From an uncultured bacterium (GTDB lineage Bacteria > Krumholzibacteriota > Krumholzibacteriia > Krumholzibacteriales > Krumholzibacteriaceae): a stretch of 64,000 bases of DNA. The stretch is taken from positions 58,142 through 122,141 of the forward strand of contig CAWFAD010000012.1 of the NCBI GenBank assembly GCA_963813815.1. The letters are read 5' to 3'. Made by a program: the position numbers and the translations under genes. Below the pieces are notes generated by a model, which searched no databases, was not told the origin of the DNA, and was given only the letters and a program-made list of their open reading frames with translations. Shown piece after piece: positions 46,657 through 55,549 of the stretch; position 1 is the first letter of the stretch; each line of letters opens with the position of its first letter.

Positions 46657-48800
46657 GCGCCATCCCCTTCCCCATCGGAGCCGGCGAACACCCCGAGCGG
46701 CACCTCCGCCGTGAACGGCCTGTTCGTCGGCAGCGTGATCTCGCCCGCCGGAATCCCGGCCTCGCGGTAGAGCCTCAGTATGAGATCGGTGCACGTCTTT
46801 CCGCCGCACGCTCCCATGCCGGTGCGGATCGTGGCCTTGAGGATGTTCATGTCCCGCACGCCGTCGCGAATCTCTTTTCGCACCTCGCCCGCCGTGATGC
46901 GCTCGCAGCGGCAGATGATCGTGTCGTCCGTCAGGGGCTCTCCGGCGGCCGGCGCCTTCGCGCCCTTCTCCGGCTCGAGCACGGTGAATCCCGCGACCGC
47001 GAAGGCGTCTCCCCGCGGCACCTCGATCGAAACGATCTTCCGCTTGGCGTCGATGTTGGAGGTGCGGAACGCGACGACGCGTCCCCGGCCGACCGCTCCA
47101 CCTTCCATGTCGACCGTCTTGACTTCCTTCCCCTCCGCGAGATCCGTCGTTTCCAGCTCGTAGGGCAGCATGAGGAGCGACGTCTTCCGGGCGGGGTCGT
47201 ACTCCGGCATGACGAGACTGATCGCGAGCCCCGGACAAACCGCGACGCAGTTCGTGCAGCCGATGCAATCCCCGCCGAACACGGGATTGCACATGATCGA
47301 GTCGCCGCTCAGGATGATGCTGTTTCGGGGGCAGCTGTCGGCGCACGGATTGCAGGGGATCTCCTGAACGCAACGGATGATGGGGTAGACCCGCTTTTCG
47401 AATCTCGCGGGTTCGTCCGGGATCGTCCGTCCGGGCTTGCTGCGGAGCACCTTCGCCGTCGACTCCCACTCGTCCGGAACGTCGATGTCGCGGGCGAGCG
47501 ACCTCGCTATCCGGCGCCCCGTGATTTTTCCGCTGAATATGGCGGCGGACGCCTCGGCGATCTCCTCCGCGTCGCCGGCCTTGTAGCACTCGATTCCGTA
47601 CCCGGCGAGCTTCTCGTAGAGCTCGTTCACCGGCGAGAGGCCGACGGCGATGAGGAGCGTGTCGACGTCGTACGACCGTTCCGTTCCGGCGATCGGCTTC
47701 CAGTCCCGGTCGAGGCCAGCGATCGTGATCCGCTCGAGCGCTTCCTTGCCTTCCGCCCGGAGCACCGTGTGGGAGGTGTGAACCGGCACGCCGAGACGGC
47801 GGAGCTTGTCGAGGTGCACCTTGTATCCCCCGCATTGCGGAAGGGCCTCGACGAGCCCCACGACGGTGATCCCCGCCTGGATCGCGTGGTAGCCGGTGAT
47901 GAGACCGACGTTCCCGCCGCCGACGACGAAAAGGCGCCTCGTCGGAAGAACGAGATCGCGGTTCAGGATCGTCTGGAAGGCGCCCGCGCCGTAGACTCCC
48001 GGGAGATCGCAGCCGGGAAAGGCGAGGCTCTTTTCGCGCGCCCCGCACGCCACGAGAACGACGCGCGGTCTCGCGAGATAATACCGGCGGCCCTGTTGGA
48101 GACCGATCTGCTTGTCCCAGAAGGCGCCGACGGCGGTCGTGTCGAGCATCACCGATACGCTCGGGTACCGATCGAGCCTTCCGGTCAGGATATGCGCGAT
48201 CTCGATGCCCCGCGTGCCCGCGTAGCAATCGTCGCGCGAGCCGAAAAAGGTGTGCGTCTGCAGGGTGAGCTTTCCGCCGAGCTCGTTCTTGTCGTCCACG
48301 ACGAGCGTTTTGATCCCGAGCTCCCCAAGCTCGGCCGCCGCGTTGATGCCCGCGGGGCCGCCTCCGATGACGAGAACCTCGGTCTCGATCGTTTCGATCT
48401 CCCTGAACGCGGGGAGCGCATCGGCCGCGGGGAGAGCGGGCGAGCCGTCGCAGCTTTCGACGCGCATCCCCTCGCTCACGACTTGCATGCATCCCTTCAC
48501 GGGGACGCCCCCGACGAGGACCATGCACTGGCTGCACTGGCCGTTCGCGCAGAAGATGCCCTGCGGCCCTCCGTCGCGTTCGTGGTGGCCGAAGACCTGA
48601 ATGCCGTTCGCGAAGAGCGCCGTCGTGACGACCTCTCCCTCGTACGCCTTCATCGGCGCGCCGTTCCAGGTGAAGGACACGCTCGCCCGTTCGCGTATCG
48701 GCAGGATCGGGTGGCTCCTGACGCGGAATTCCCCCATCGCGCGAAGCGTCGCGCTCGAAACCGGCGTGGAGCGGGAGGTTTTCTTCATCTCGATCGACAC
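46653..48800 (-). CDS. Multidomain oxidoreductase with an N-terminal [2Fe-2S] domain, an FAD/NAD(P)-binding pyridine nucleotide-disulfide oxidoreductase domain, a Cys-rich 4Fe-4S-like segment and a C-terminal BFD-like [2Fe-2S] domain
   Basis: The 715 aa protein has FTWNGAPMKAYEGEVVTTALFANGIQ ... CANGQCSQCMV (a Fer2_4-like domain). It has VLVIGGGPAGINAA ... VVGGGNVGL (two Rossmann GxGxxG motifs), CNPCADSCP ... CIGCTNCVAVCP, and ICRCERITAGEVRKEI ... GACGGKTC (BFD-like). This resembles HcnA+HcnB, OoxA or SoxA. Confidence 0.7.
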   Translation of the reverse strand: MSIEMKKTSRSTPVSSATLRAMGEFRVRSHPILPIRERASVSFTWNGAPMKAYEGEVVTTALFANGIQVFGHHERDGGPQGIFCANGQCSQCMVLVGGVPVKGCMQVVSEGMRVESCDGSPALPAADALPAFREIETIETEVLVIGGGPAGINAAAELGELGIKTLVVDDKNELGGKLTLQTHTFFGSRDDCYAGTRGIEIAHILTGRLDRYPSVSVMLDTTAVGAFWDKQIGLQQGRRYYLARPRVVLVACGAREKSLAFPGCDLPGVYGAGAFQTILNRDLVLPTRRLFVVGGGNVGLITGYHAIQAGITVVGLVEALPQCGGYKVHLDKLRRLGVPVHTSHTVLRAEGKEALERITIAGLDRDWKPIAGTERSYDVDTLLIAVGLSPVNELYEKLAGYGIECYKAGDAEEIAEASAAIFSGKITGRRIARSLARDIDVPDEWESTAKVLRSKPGRTIPDEPARFEKRVYPIIRCVQEIPCNPCADSCPRNSIILSGDSIMCNPVFGGDCIGCTNCVAVCPGLAISLVMPEYDPARKTSLLMLPYELETTDLAEGKEVKTVDMEGGAVGRGRVVAFRTSNIDAKRKIVSIEVPRGDAFAVAGFTVLEPEKGAKAPAAGEPLTDDTIICRCERITAGEVRKEIRDGVRDMNILKATIRTGMGACGGKTCTDLILRLYREAGIPAGEITLPTNRPFTAEVPLGVFAGSDGEGDGA

Positions 48801-49955
48801 CTATTTCGCGAGCCTCGCCGCGGCGAGGGTCAGGAGATCCTTCACGTCGACGGGCGCCTTGCGCCACGACGTGCCGCCGAGCACTTCGGCGTAGAGGAGC
48901 GTGCATTTCGGACAGGCGGTGACGAGCGTGCCGGCGCCGGCGCGGTGCGCCTCGACGAGGCGCTCGTCGACGGCCGTCCTCGTGTGCGGCCCGTGATCGA
49001 CGAGCGATCCGGCCCCGCAGCACGGGGCCTTCGCGCCCCGCCGCTCGAGCTCGACGAGCCCCGCCGAAGAAAGGGAGCTCAGCAGCTTTCTCGGAGCGTC
49101 CTCGACCCCGAGGGATCGGCACAGATAGCAGGGATCGTGAAACGCGAATTTCTCCTCGCCGGCGCGAAAGACGAGCCCGCCGAGACGCTCGGCGATGTAC
49201 TCGGTGACGTGCCGGATCTCGATCGGCGCTCCGCCGAGCTCTCCGGCGTAATTGAATTTCAGCGTGAAGGCGCATTCGGGACACACGGTGAGAACGGTCT
49301 TCGCCTTCGCCTTCTTCAGCAGGGCCGCGTTGTGGCGCGCGAGAGCGGCGAACGCCTCGCGATCGCCCGTGTCGTACAGATCCCTGCCGCAGCAGCGCTC
49401 GTCCTCGAGAATCGCCGGGGCGACGCCGAGGCCGTTGAGGAGTCTCACCGCGGCCCTCGCCATGCCGCCGAAGGCTCCCGGCTCGACACCAATGCCGAGG
49501 GAATCGAAGAGCGCGAGGCATCCGGCGAACAGCACGACGGCGCTCTCCGGATCGAGCTCGAGCGACTTGTCGACCCACGAGTGGCGGGCCTTCGCCGCTC
49601 CCTGCCGGACCCCGGTCTCGAGCCTTTTCTGATACTGGCGGACGAGGCCACCGTGAATCGGCCGGCAATCGGATCTGCCGACGCGGAGCTCCCGGACGAA
49701 ATCGGCGAATTCGACCTTGAAGGGACACGCCTCGGTGCACGCCCGGCACGTGACGCACGTCCAAATCAGCCGGTGCTCGCGAGCGGCCGCCTCCCCGCCC
49801 CGGAGAAAGAGTTGAGCGAGATCGCGGGGATGGTGCTTGCCGTAGTGCCGGTAAACGGGACAGACCTCTGCGCACTCGTTCGCGCAGCGCGTGCAATCCT
49901 CGATGCGGAAGCTTTCCTTGATTTCCTGTTCGTTCATTTCGATTTCCATGCCCAC
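48801..49955 (-). CDS. HdrD/GlcF/GlpC-like iron-sulfur protein (2x[4Fe-4S] ferredoxin domain plus two CCG cysteine-rich domains)
   Basis: The 384 aa protein has CTRCANECAEVCP and CVTCRACTEACP motifs followed by CCG-type motifs (CCGRD, CPECAF, PCYLC, CCGAG, CPKC). Confidence 0.8.
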   Translation of the reverse strand: MGMEIEMNEQEIKESFRIEDCTRCANECAEVCPVYRHYGKHHPRDLAQLFLRGGEAAAREHRLIWTCVTCRACTEACPFKVEFADFVRELRVGRSDCRPIHGGLVRQYQKRLETGVRQGAAKARHSWVDKSLELDPESAVVLFAGCLALFDSLGIGVEPGAFGGMARAAVRLLNGLGVAPAILEDERCCGRDLYDTGDREAFAALARHNAALLKKAKAKTVLTVCPECAFTLKFNYAGELGGAPIEIRHVTEYIAERLGGLVFRAGEEKFAFHDPCYLCRSLGVEDAPRKLLSSLSSAGLVELERRGAKAPCCGAGSLVDHGPHTRTAVDERLVEAHRAGAGTLVTACPKCTLLYAEVLGGTSWRKAPVDVKDLLTLAAARLAK

Positions 49956-52195
49956 CGGTCGACGGCGAGCGCGAACTCGCCGGGACTCGTCGAAATTTCC
50001 GTCACGACGTTCGGGTTGCAGCCGAACACGCGGAGCAGATCCCGCGCCCGCTCCGCGACGAGACGCGAGCGCGAGCGCCCGAATCCGTAATGGCAGACCT
50101 CCTCACGGCAGCCGCAGACGAGAATCCTCTGGCTGCCGCGAAGCGCCGCCTCGACGATGAGGGACGGCGCGATGCGTCCCGTGCACATCGTCTCGATCAC
50201 GAGCACGCCGCCCGGCAGCTCGAGCCGCGCGGGGCGCGCCCAGCGGCAGACGAAGAGGACCTTCGTTCTCGTCGAAACCGAGGCGAGCGCTCGCATGATC
50301 GCCCCGTGCTCGAAATTGTCTTGATCGGCGGCGCCCGTCGGGCACGCGCCGGCGCAGATTCCGCAACCCTTGCAGGCGAGCTCGTCGACGCGGGCGACGA
50401 GACGGTTCCCCGGACGCGATTCGACCTGGATCGCCCGGTACCCGCACACCTCGGCGCAGCGTCCGCAGCCGATGCAGAGCCCCTCGTCGACCCGCGCGAT
50501 CGTGCGGACGACGGCGGCCTCCGTCTCTTCCTCCCCCGCCCGCACGCGGACCGTCCGCGGCAGGGCAGACCAGAACTCGCGCCCCGCATGCGCGCCGAGG
50601 GTGAAATCCCCTCCGAACTTCAGGAGCAGGTCCTTCTTCTCGCAGATATCCACGCAAACCGAGCACTCCGCGCAGGGGCCGCAGCGGAGGCACCGCCTCG
50701 CCTCGCGGCGCGCCTCCCGATCGGAGAGCCCCTTCTCGACCTCCCGGAAATCGTTCCGCCTCGCCCGCGCCCCCTCGACCGGCATGGTCGCGCGTCGCGG
50801 GTGATCTTCCGGAACGATCTCGAGCGTGTACTCCTCGTGCGCTATCGAATCGTCGATCGTGAGATCGAGCGGAGAGGAAAGAGTCTCGCCGCTCAGATGG
50901 TGATGGATGCCGAGGGCCGCCCGCTGCCCCGACGCGATCGCCTCCACGACGGTTCTCGGACCGGTGACGAGGTCGCCCGCGGCGAACACGCCACCCGCGG
51001 CGGCGGCGGATGTCGCCGGATCGATCGCAAGCGTTCCGGCGGGGGTCGTTTCGAGACCGAGAGAGGCGGCGAACCCCCTGACGTCGATCCCCCGCGTATG
51101 CGCGTCGACGAAGACGTCCGCCTCGACGGCGAACTCGCCGTCGGGACGCTCGCTCAGCTCGCGCCGGCCCGTTGCGTCCTTCGATCCCTCGACGAGCGGC
51201 GAACAGACGACCGCCTCGAGCGTCCGGCCTCTCCTCGCGAGGCGCAGCGGCCGGACGAGAAACTTGAAAACGAGGCCTTCCCCTTCGGCGAGCTCGATAT
51301 CGCCGCGGTGAAGCGCGGCGAGCTCGCGGCTCGAGCCCACGAGATAGGTGACGCGCCGCGCTCCGAGCCGGAGCGCCGTACGGGCGCAGTCGAGCGCCAT
51401 CATGCCCTCGCCGGCGACGACGACGCTCTTTCCCTCGACGATCGCCCGCGCCTTCGCGCGCTCGCCCTCCGCCGGAGCGGCCGCCGCCTCGAGGAGCTCG
51501 ATCGCGTGCAGCGCCCCTCCTCTCCCCGCCGGTCCCCATTTCCAAGAGGGTTTCCACGCGCCGTTCGCGAGGAGCAGCACCCGGTATCCCCGCCGCTTGA
51601 GCCGGCTCCACGTGACGTCCCGGCCGAACTGCACGCCCGTTTCGAGCTCGATCCCCATCTCGAGAATCATGCTCGATTCCCTCCGGACGACCTCCGCGGG
51701 AAGTCTGAATCCCGGTATGAGATTCATCATGCCGCCCGGAATCTCCCTCGCTTCGAAGATCGTGACGGCGTACCCGAGGCTCGCGAGCGCCGCCGCCGCG
51801 GAAAGCCCGGCCGGACCGGCGCCGATGACGGCGACTTTCTCCGGGCGGCTCCTCGCGGCCCTCGCGGACGGACGGATTCCGCGCTTCATCTCGAGATCGG
51901 ACACGAAGCGTTTCAGCGCGCACACGGCCACCGCCTCGTCGTGCCTGCCCCGCGTGCACGCCGCCTCGCACGGCCGCGGGCAGACGCGCCCGCAGACCCC
52001 GGGGAACGGATTCCGCTCGCGGATGAGCTCGAGAGCTTCGGCGTAGCGCCCGTCGGCGATGAGCGACACGTAGCCGCGCGCGTTGATGCGCGTCGGGCAC
52101 GCCAGCGTGCAGGGGGAGGTCTCGAGGGGAACGAGCTCCCACGTTCTCTCGCCCTGCGGCATGCGAACCCGTATCGTTTCCGCCGCGCGTTTCAT
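49934..52195 (-). CDS. Fusion protein with an NAD(P)H-dependent GltD/NfnB/SudA-like FAD oxidoreductase, a 2x[4Fe-4S] ferredoxin and an MvhD (methyl-viologen-reducing hydrogenase delta) domain
   Basis: From the internal Met MKRAAETIRV the protein is 753 aa. The GltD-like N-terminus reads CTLACPTRINARGYVSLIADGRYAEALELIRERNPFPGVCGRVCPRPCEAAC. The FAD site is KVAVIGAGPAGLSAAAALASLGY and the NAD site is SVVVAGEGMMALDCA. Ferredoxin motifs CLRCGPCAECSVCVDIC, CIGCGRCAEVC and CKGCGICAGACP follow. The MvhD-like part is KVLFVCRWARPARLELPGG ... ILVCGCREEVCHY ... GCNPNVVTEIS. The upstream part of ORF 49934..53248 belongs to a separate ferredoxin gene. Confidence 0.75.
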   Translation of the reverse strand: MKRAAETIRVRMPQGERTWELVPLETSPCTLACPTRINARGYVSLIADGRYAEALELIRERNPFPGVCGRVCPRPCEAACTRGRHDEAVAVCALKRFVSDLEMKRGIRPSARAARSRPEKVAVIGAGPAGLSAAAALASLGYAVTIFEAREIPGGMMNLIPGFRLPAEVVRRESSMILEMGIELETGVQFGRDVTWSRLKRRGYRVLLLANGAWKPSWKWGPAGRGGALHAIELLEAAAAPAEGERAKARAIVEGKSVVVAGEGMMALDCARTALRLGARRVTYLVGSSRELAALHRGDIELAEGEGLVFKFLVRPLRLARRGRTLEAVVCSPLVEGSKDATGRRELSERPDGEFAVEADVFVDAHTRGIDVRGFAASLGLETTPAGTLAIDPATSAAAAGGVFAAGDLVTGPRTVVEAIASGQRAALGIHHHLSGETLSSPLDLTIDDSIAHEEYTLEIVPEDHPRRATMPVEGARARRNDFREVEKGLSDREARREARRCLRCGPCAECSVCVDICEKKDLLLKFGGDFTLGAHAGREFWSALPRTVRVRAGEEETEAAVVRTIARVDEGLCIGCGRCAEVCGYRAIQVESRPGNRLVARVDELACKGCGICAGACPTGAADQDNFEHGAIMRALASVSTRTKVLFVCRWARPARLELPGGVLVIETMCTGRIAPSLIVEAALRGSQRILVCGCREEVCHYGFGRSRSRLVAERARDLLRVFGCNPNVVTEISTSPGEFALAVDRWAWKSK

Positions 52196-53017
52196 GCCGT
52201 GCGCGCCCCCTTCTTCCGCCCTCCGCGCCCCGTAGTCCGGCCCGCGGGCTTTCCCGCCGCCGGCTTGCGCGGCGATCGCCCGCCCCGCCGCGCGAGGGCG
52301 ACCGCCACGAGGGGATGCGTCCCCGCCTCGCCGCGCTGCTTCTGGTCGATCTCGCAGCGCGCGCATTCGTAGTTCAGCGAGCAGACCGCGTCCGGCAAAA
52401 AGCCCATGAGGGTATAGCGGCAGAGGTGCTCCCCCCCCCTGCTTGCGGAGCTCGAGGACGCGCGTGTATTCCATCTGAACGGCCCCCGTGGGGCATACGA
52501 AGGTGCACGCCCCGCAGGCGATGCACTTCGAATGATCGATGCCGTAGGGGGAGTCGACTTTCCTGTCGATCCCCCGTTCGGCGAAGCCTATCGCGTTCGC
52601 CCCGACGATCTCGGCGCACGTGCGGACGCACAGCCCGCAGAGGATGCAGTTGTCGTCGAGGGGGACAAAACGCGATTTGACGACGCCGTATCGCGCGGCG
52701 AGCTTCTTCACGTACGGAGCGTTCGGCGAGCGCGCGAGCAGCAGCTCGAGCAGAAACTTTCTCAGAGCGCGTATCCTCTCCGTCTCCGAACGCACCTCGA
52801 GCCCGTCGGCGACCGGATAGAGGCACGAGGTCACGATCCGCCAGCGTTTCTTGCCCCTCTCTCTGACCTCCACGACGCAGAGCCGGCAGGCTCCATAGGG
52901 TTCGAGAGCGTCGTGAGCGCAGACGGCGGGAATGTCGACGCCCGCGGCGCGCGCCGCGTCGAGCACGCTCTCCCCTTCCCGCGCCGGCCTCGCCCTGCCG
53001 TTCAGGATAAACCTCAT
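52192..53017 (-). pseudogene. [2Fe-2S] plus 2x[4Fe-4S] ferredoxin-like protein (paralogue of 8489..9214), frameshifted in a G9 homopolymer
   Basis: From the internal Met MRFILNGRARPAREGESVLDAARAAGVDIPAVCAHDALEPYGACRLCVVEV ... CILCGLCVRTC ... CIACGACTFVCP. The frame then moves, at a run of nine G around 52430, into ORF 52192..52407 (MGFLPDAVCSLNYECARCEID ... basic tail). Its stop overlaps the ATG of the next gene as ATGA. Confidence 0.6.
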
Positions 53018-53553
53018 GTATAGCTCTCCAGCGCCTTGTCGACCGTGAGGTGGTCGAGCTTGCCGTGTATGTTTCCGTCGATCGTCATGACCGGAGCCTG
53101 ACCGCAGCATCCGAGACACCGGACCGTCTCGAACGAAAAACGTCCGTCGGCGGTCGTCCCGCCCTCCGCGATTCCGAGCGTCCGCTCGATCGCATCCTTT
53201 ACCCGCTCCCCGCCCCGCACGTGGCAGGCCGTCCCCATGCAGAGGCATACCTCGTGGCGGCCGCGGGGCTCGAGCCGGAAGGCCTTGTAGAAGGTCGCGA
53301 TCGCGTAGAGGCGCGTCATCGGCACGTCGAGCTCCCGCGCGATGTACCGCAGATCCGCCTCGCCGAGGTAGCGGCGCTTCTCCTGAAGATCCTGGAGAAT
53401 GGCGATGATCTGGACGCTCGCGCGTCCGTGCCGCTCGAGGACCTCCTCGATGGCCGATGCCTCTGGCGCCGCCGGAGACGGCACGGCCGTCGAGGGGCCG
53501 CGCCGCGCGGCGAGCGCGCGTTCGATGGCTCGTATGCTCTCGCTTCCGCTCAT
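53014..53553 (-). CDS. NuoE/HydC-type [2Fe-2S] subunit (second copy)
   Basis: From the internal Met MSGSESIRAIERALAAR ... CLCMGTACHVRG ... CLGCCGQAP, 179 aa. The upstream extension of ORF 53014..53802 was rejected. Confidence 0.8.
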   Translation of the reverse strand: MSGSESIRAIERALAARRGPSTAVPSPAAPEASAIEEVLERHGRASVQIIAILQDLQEKRRYLGEADLRYIARELDVPMTRLYAIATFYKAFRLEPRGRHEVCLCMGTACHVRGGERVKDAIERTLGIAEGGTTADGRFSFETVRCLGCCGQAPVMTIDGNIHGKLDHLTVDKALESYT

Positions 53554-53600
53554 GGCTTGTGTCCCGGGCGGCCCCGGAGGGGGGCCTCCTTCGCGCGGCG

Positions 53601-55478
53601 TCACCTCTCTATCGCGTCGAATTTGCAGACGTCCCAGCAGGCGCCGCACTTGATGCAACGCGCCTCGTCGATCACGTGGACCTCTTTCGGCTTTCCGCTG
53701 ATACAGCCCGACGGGCACGGCTTGAAGCAGGCGTGGCACCCCGTGCACCGCCCGGTCTCGATCCGGTACCGCAGGAGCGGCTTGCACACTCCGGCGGGGC
53801 ACCGTTTGTCGCGGATGTGAGCCTCGATCTCGTCCCTGAAATAGCGGATCACGGTCAGCACCGGATTCGGGGCGGAGCCGCCGAGCGCGCAGAGCGAGGT
53901 CGCGGCCACGTTCCCCGCGATCTCCTCGAGGAGCGCCACGTCACCCCGCTTCCCCTTCCCCCCGGCTATCCGGTTCAATATCTCGAGAAGCGCGCGGAGC
54001 CCCTCGCGGCACGGAAGGCACTTCCCGCACGATTCATCCTTCAGAAAGTCTATGAAATACCGGGCGACGTCCACCATGCAGGTGTTCTCGTCCATGACGA
54101 TCATGCCGCCGGATCCCATCATCGATCCCGCCTCCGCGAGGCGGTCGAAATCGACCGGCAGGTCGAGCATCGACTCGGGGAGCACCCCTCCCGACGGCCC
54201 GCCCGTCTGCACCGCCTTGAACTTCTTTCCGTTCGGCACGCCCCCGCCGATGTCGAAGATAATTTCGCGGAGCGTCGTTCCCATCGGCACCTCGACGAGA
54301 CCGGTGTTCACGACCTTGCCCACGAGCGAGAATATCTTGGTCCCCTTGCTCCCGCCCCAGGGGCTCTCGCTCACGTCGCCGACCCCTATCGAGGTGTACC
54401 AGTCGACGCCCCCGAGAACGATCTTCGGCACGTTGGCCCACGTCTCGACGTTGTTGAGCACGGTCGGCATCTCAAAGAGCCCCTTCTCGACCGTGTGAAC
54501 GTACTTCGCGCGCGGCTCCCCGGGTTTCCCCTCGAGGGACGCCATGAGCGCGGTCGATTCGCCGCAGACGAACGCCCCACCCCCGCGCGATATGCCGATA
54601 TCGAAGGAGAAATCGCTCCCGAGGATGCGCCGGCCGAGGAGACCGCATTCGCGTGCCTGCGCGAGCGCGATCGTGAGCGACTCGAGGGCCAGCGGATATT
54701 CATGGCGAACGTAGATGTATCCCTCGCTCGCCCCGACGGCGTACGCGCCGATGATCATCCCCTCGATGACGCTGTGCGGATTTCCCTCGCAGACGCTGCG
54801 GTCCATGAACGCGCCCGGATCGCCCTCGTCGGCGTTGCAGATGACGTATTTCCGCTCGCCCCGCGCCCGCCGCGCGGTGCTCCACTTGACGCCGGCCGGA
54901 AACCCCCCACCTCCCCGCCCGCGGAGCCCCGAGCGCGTTATCGTCTCGATGACCTTCCGCGGGTTCGCTCCCTCGAGCGCGCGCCGGAGCGCCTGATACC
55001 CGTCGAGCGCGATGTAGTCCCGAATGTCCGTCGGATCGATCCTCGAGTTGTCGCCGAGCACGAGGCGAAGCTGCTTGCGGTAGTAAGGCACCTCGTCCTC
55101 GATCTCGACGCGCCGTTTGCTTCGCGGGTCGAGATAGAGGAGGCGCTCGACGACCTCGCCGCGCGCGAGCGTCTTCTCGACGATCTCGGGCACGTCGGAG
55201 GGCCGCACCTGCGTATAGAGGATCCGCCGGGGATGAATGACGACGAGGGCGCCCTTCTCGCAGAAGCCGTGGCAACCGGTGGCCTTGACCTCGACGTGGC
55301 GCAGCCGCGCTTTGGCGACCTCGCGTCTCATGGCTTCGTGGACGTGGACCGAGTCGCAGGCGCGGCAGCCCGTGTCCGTGCAGATGCCGACGGTGACGGC
55401 CCCCGCTGGGCGCTGCTCGATGATCTGCTTCTTGAACCTATCGAGGCTGCCGTATGAACGAAGCTTCGAGAGTTTCAG
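53601..55478 (-). CDS. NuoF/HydB-type NADH-binding FMN flavoprotein with an N-terminal thioredoxin-like [2Fe-2S] domain and C-terminal 2x[4Fe-4S] domain (second copy)
   Basis: About 625 aa with GICTDTGCRAC ... ATGCHGFCEKG, GRGGGGFPAGVKW and DESCGKCLPCREG. The C-terminus has CTGCHACFKPCP ... CIKCGACWDVC. No ATG is in frame between the upstream stop and the domain. The likely start is a CTG or GTG preceded by GGAGGT at about 55478, so the start is uncertain. Confidence 0.75.
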   Translation of the reverse strand: MKLSKLRSYGSLDRFKKQIIEQRPAGAVTVGICTDTGCRACDSVHVHEAMRREVAKARLRHVEVKATGCHGFCEKGALVVIHPRRILYTQVRPSDVPEIVEKTLARGEVVERLLYLDPRSKRRVEIEDEVPYYRKQLRLVLGDNSRIDPTDIRDYIALDGYQALRRALEGANPRKVIETITRSGLRGRGGGGFPAGVKWSTARRARGERKYVICNADEGDPGAFMDRSVCEGNPHSVIEGMIIGAYAVGASEGYIYVRHEYPLALESLTIALAQARECGLLGRRILGSDFSFDIGISRGGGAFVCGESTALMASLEGKPGEPRAKYVHTVEKGLFEMPTVLNNVETWANVPKIVLGGVDWYTSIGVGDVSESPWGGSKGTKIFSLVGKVVNTGLVEVPMGTTLREIIFDIGGGVPNGKKFKAVQTGGPSGGVLPESMLDLPVDFDRLAEAGSMMGSGGMIVMDENTCMVDVARYFIDFLKDESCGKCLPCREGLRALLEILNRIAGGKGKRGDVALLEEIAGNVAATSLCALGGSAPNPVLTVIRYFRDEIEAHIRDKRCPAGVCKPLLRYRIETGRCTGCHACFKPCPSGCISGKPKEVHVIDEARCIKCGACWDVCKFDAIER

Positions 55479-55549
55479 AGACGACCTCCGGCCGATATGA
55501 GCAATAAAGATAAACTGAATAAATAAGAAATCCCTGACGGTGTCAAGGG

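Noticed and set aside
46471-49896. 1141-aa minus-strand ORF overlapping the HdrD-like and SoxA-like genes
   Set aside because: It is an Arg/Gly-rich alternative frame of two well-supported genes. Only its last 61 aa (MKGASYDAIVIGAG ...) are real, as the N-terminus of the frameshifted FAD oxidoreductase.
49934-53248. Single 1104-aa ORF read as one giant fusion protein
   Set aside because: The connecting segment RKQGGGAPLPLYPHG ... is low-complexity and follows a G9 homopolymer. The ferredoxin continues in another frame (ORF 52192..52407) to a stop that overlaps the ATG of the GltD-MvhD gene. It is therefore two genes plus a frameshift.
55490-55545. AT-rich 50 bp spacer between oadA and nuoF-like read as a possible mobile-element scar
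   Set aside because: It is too short, has no repeats or inverted ends, and is more likely an intercistronic UTR or RBS region.
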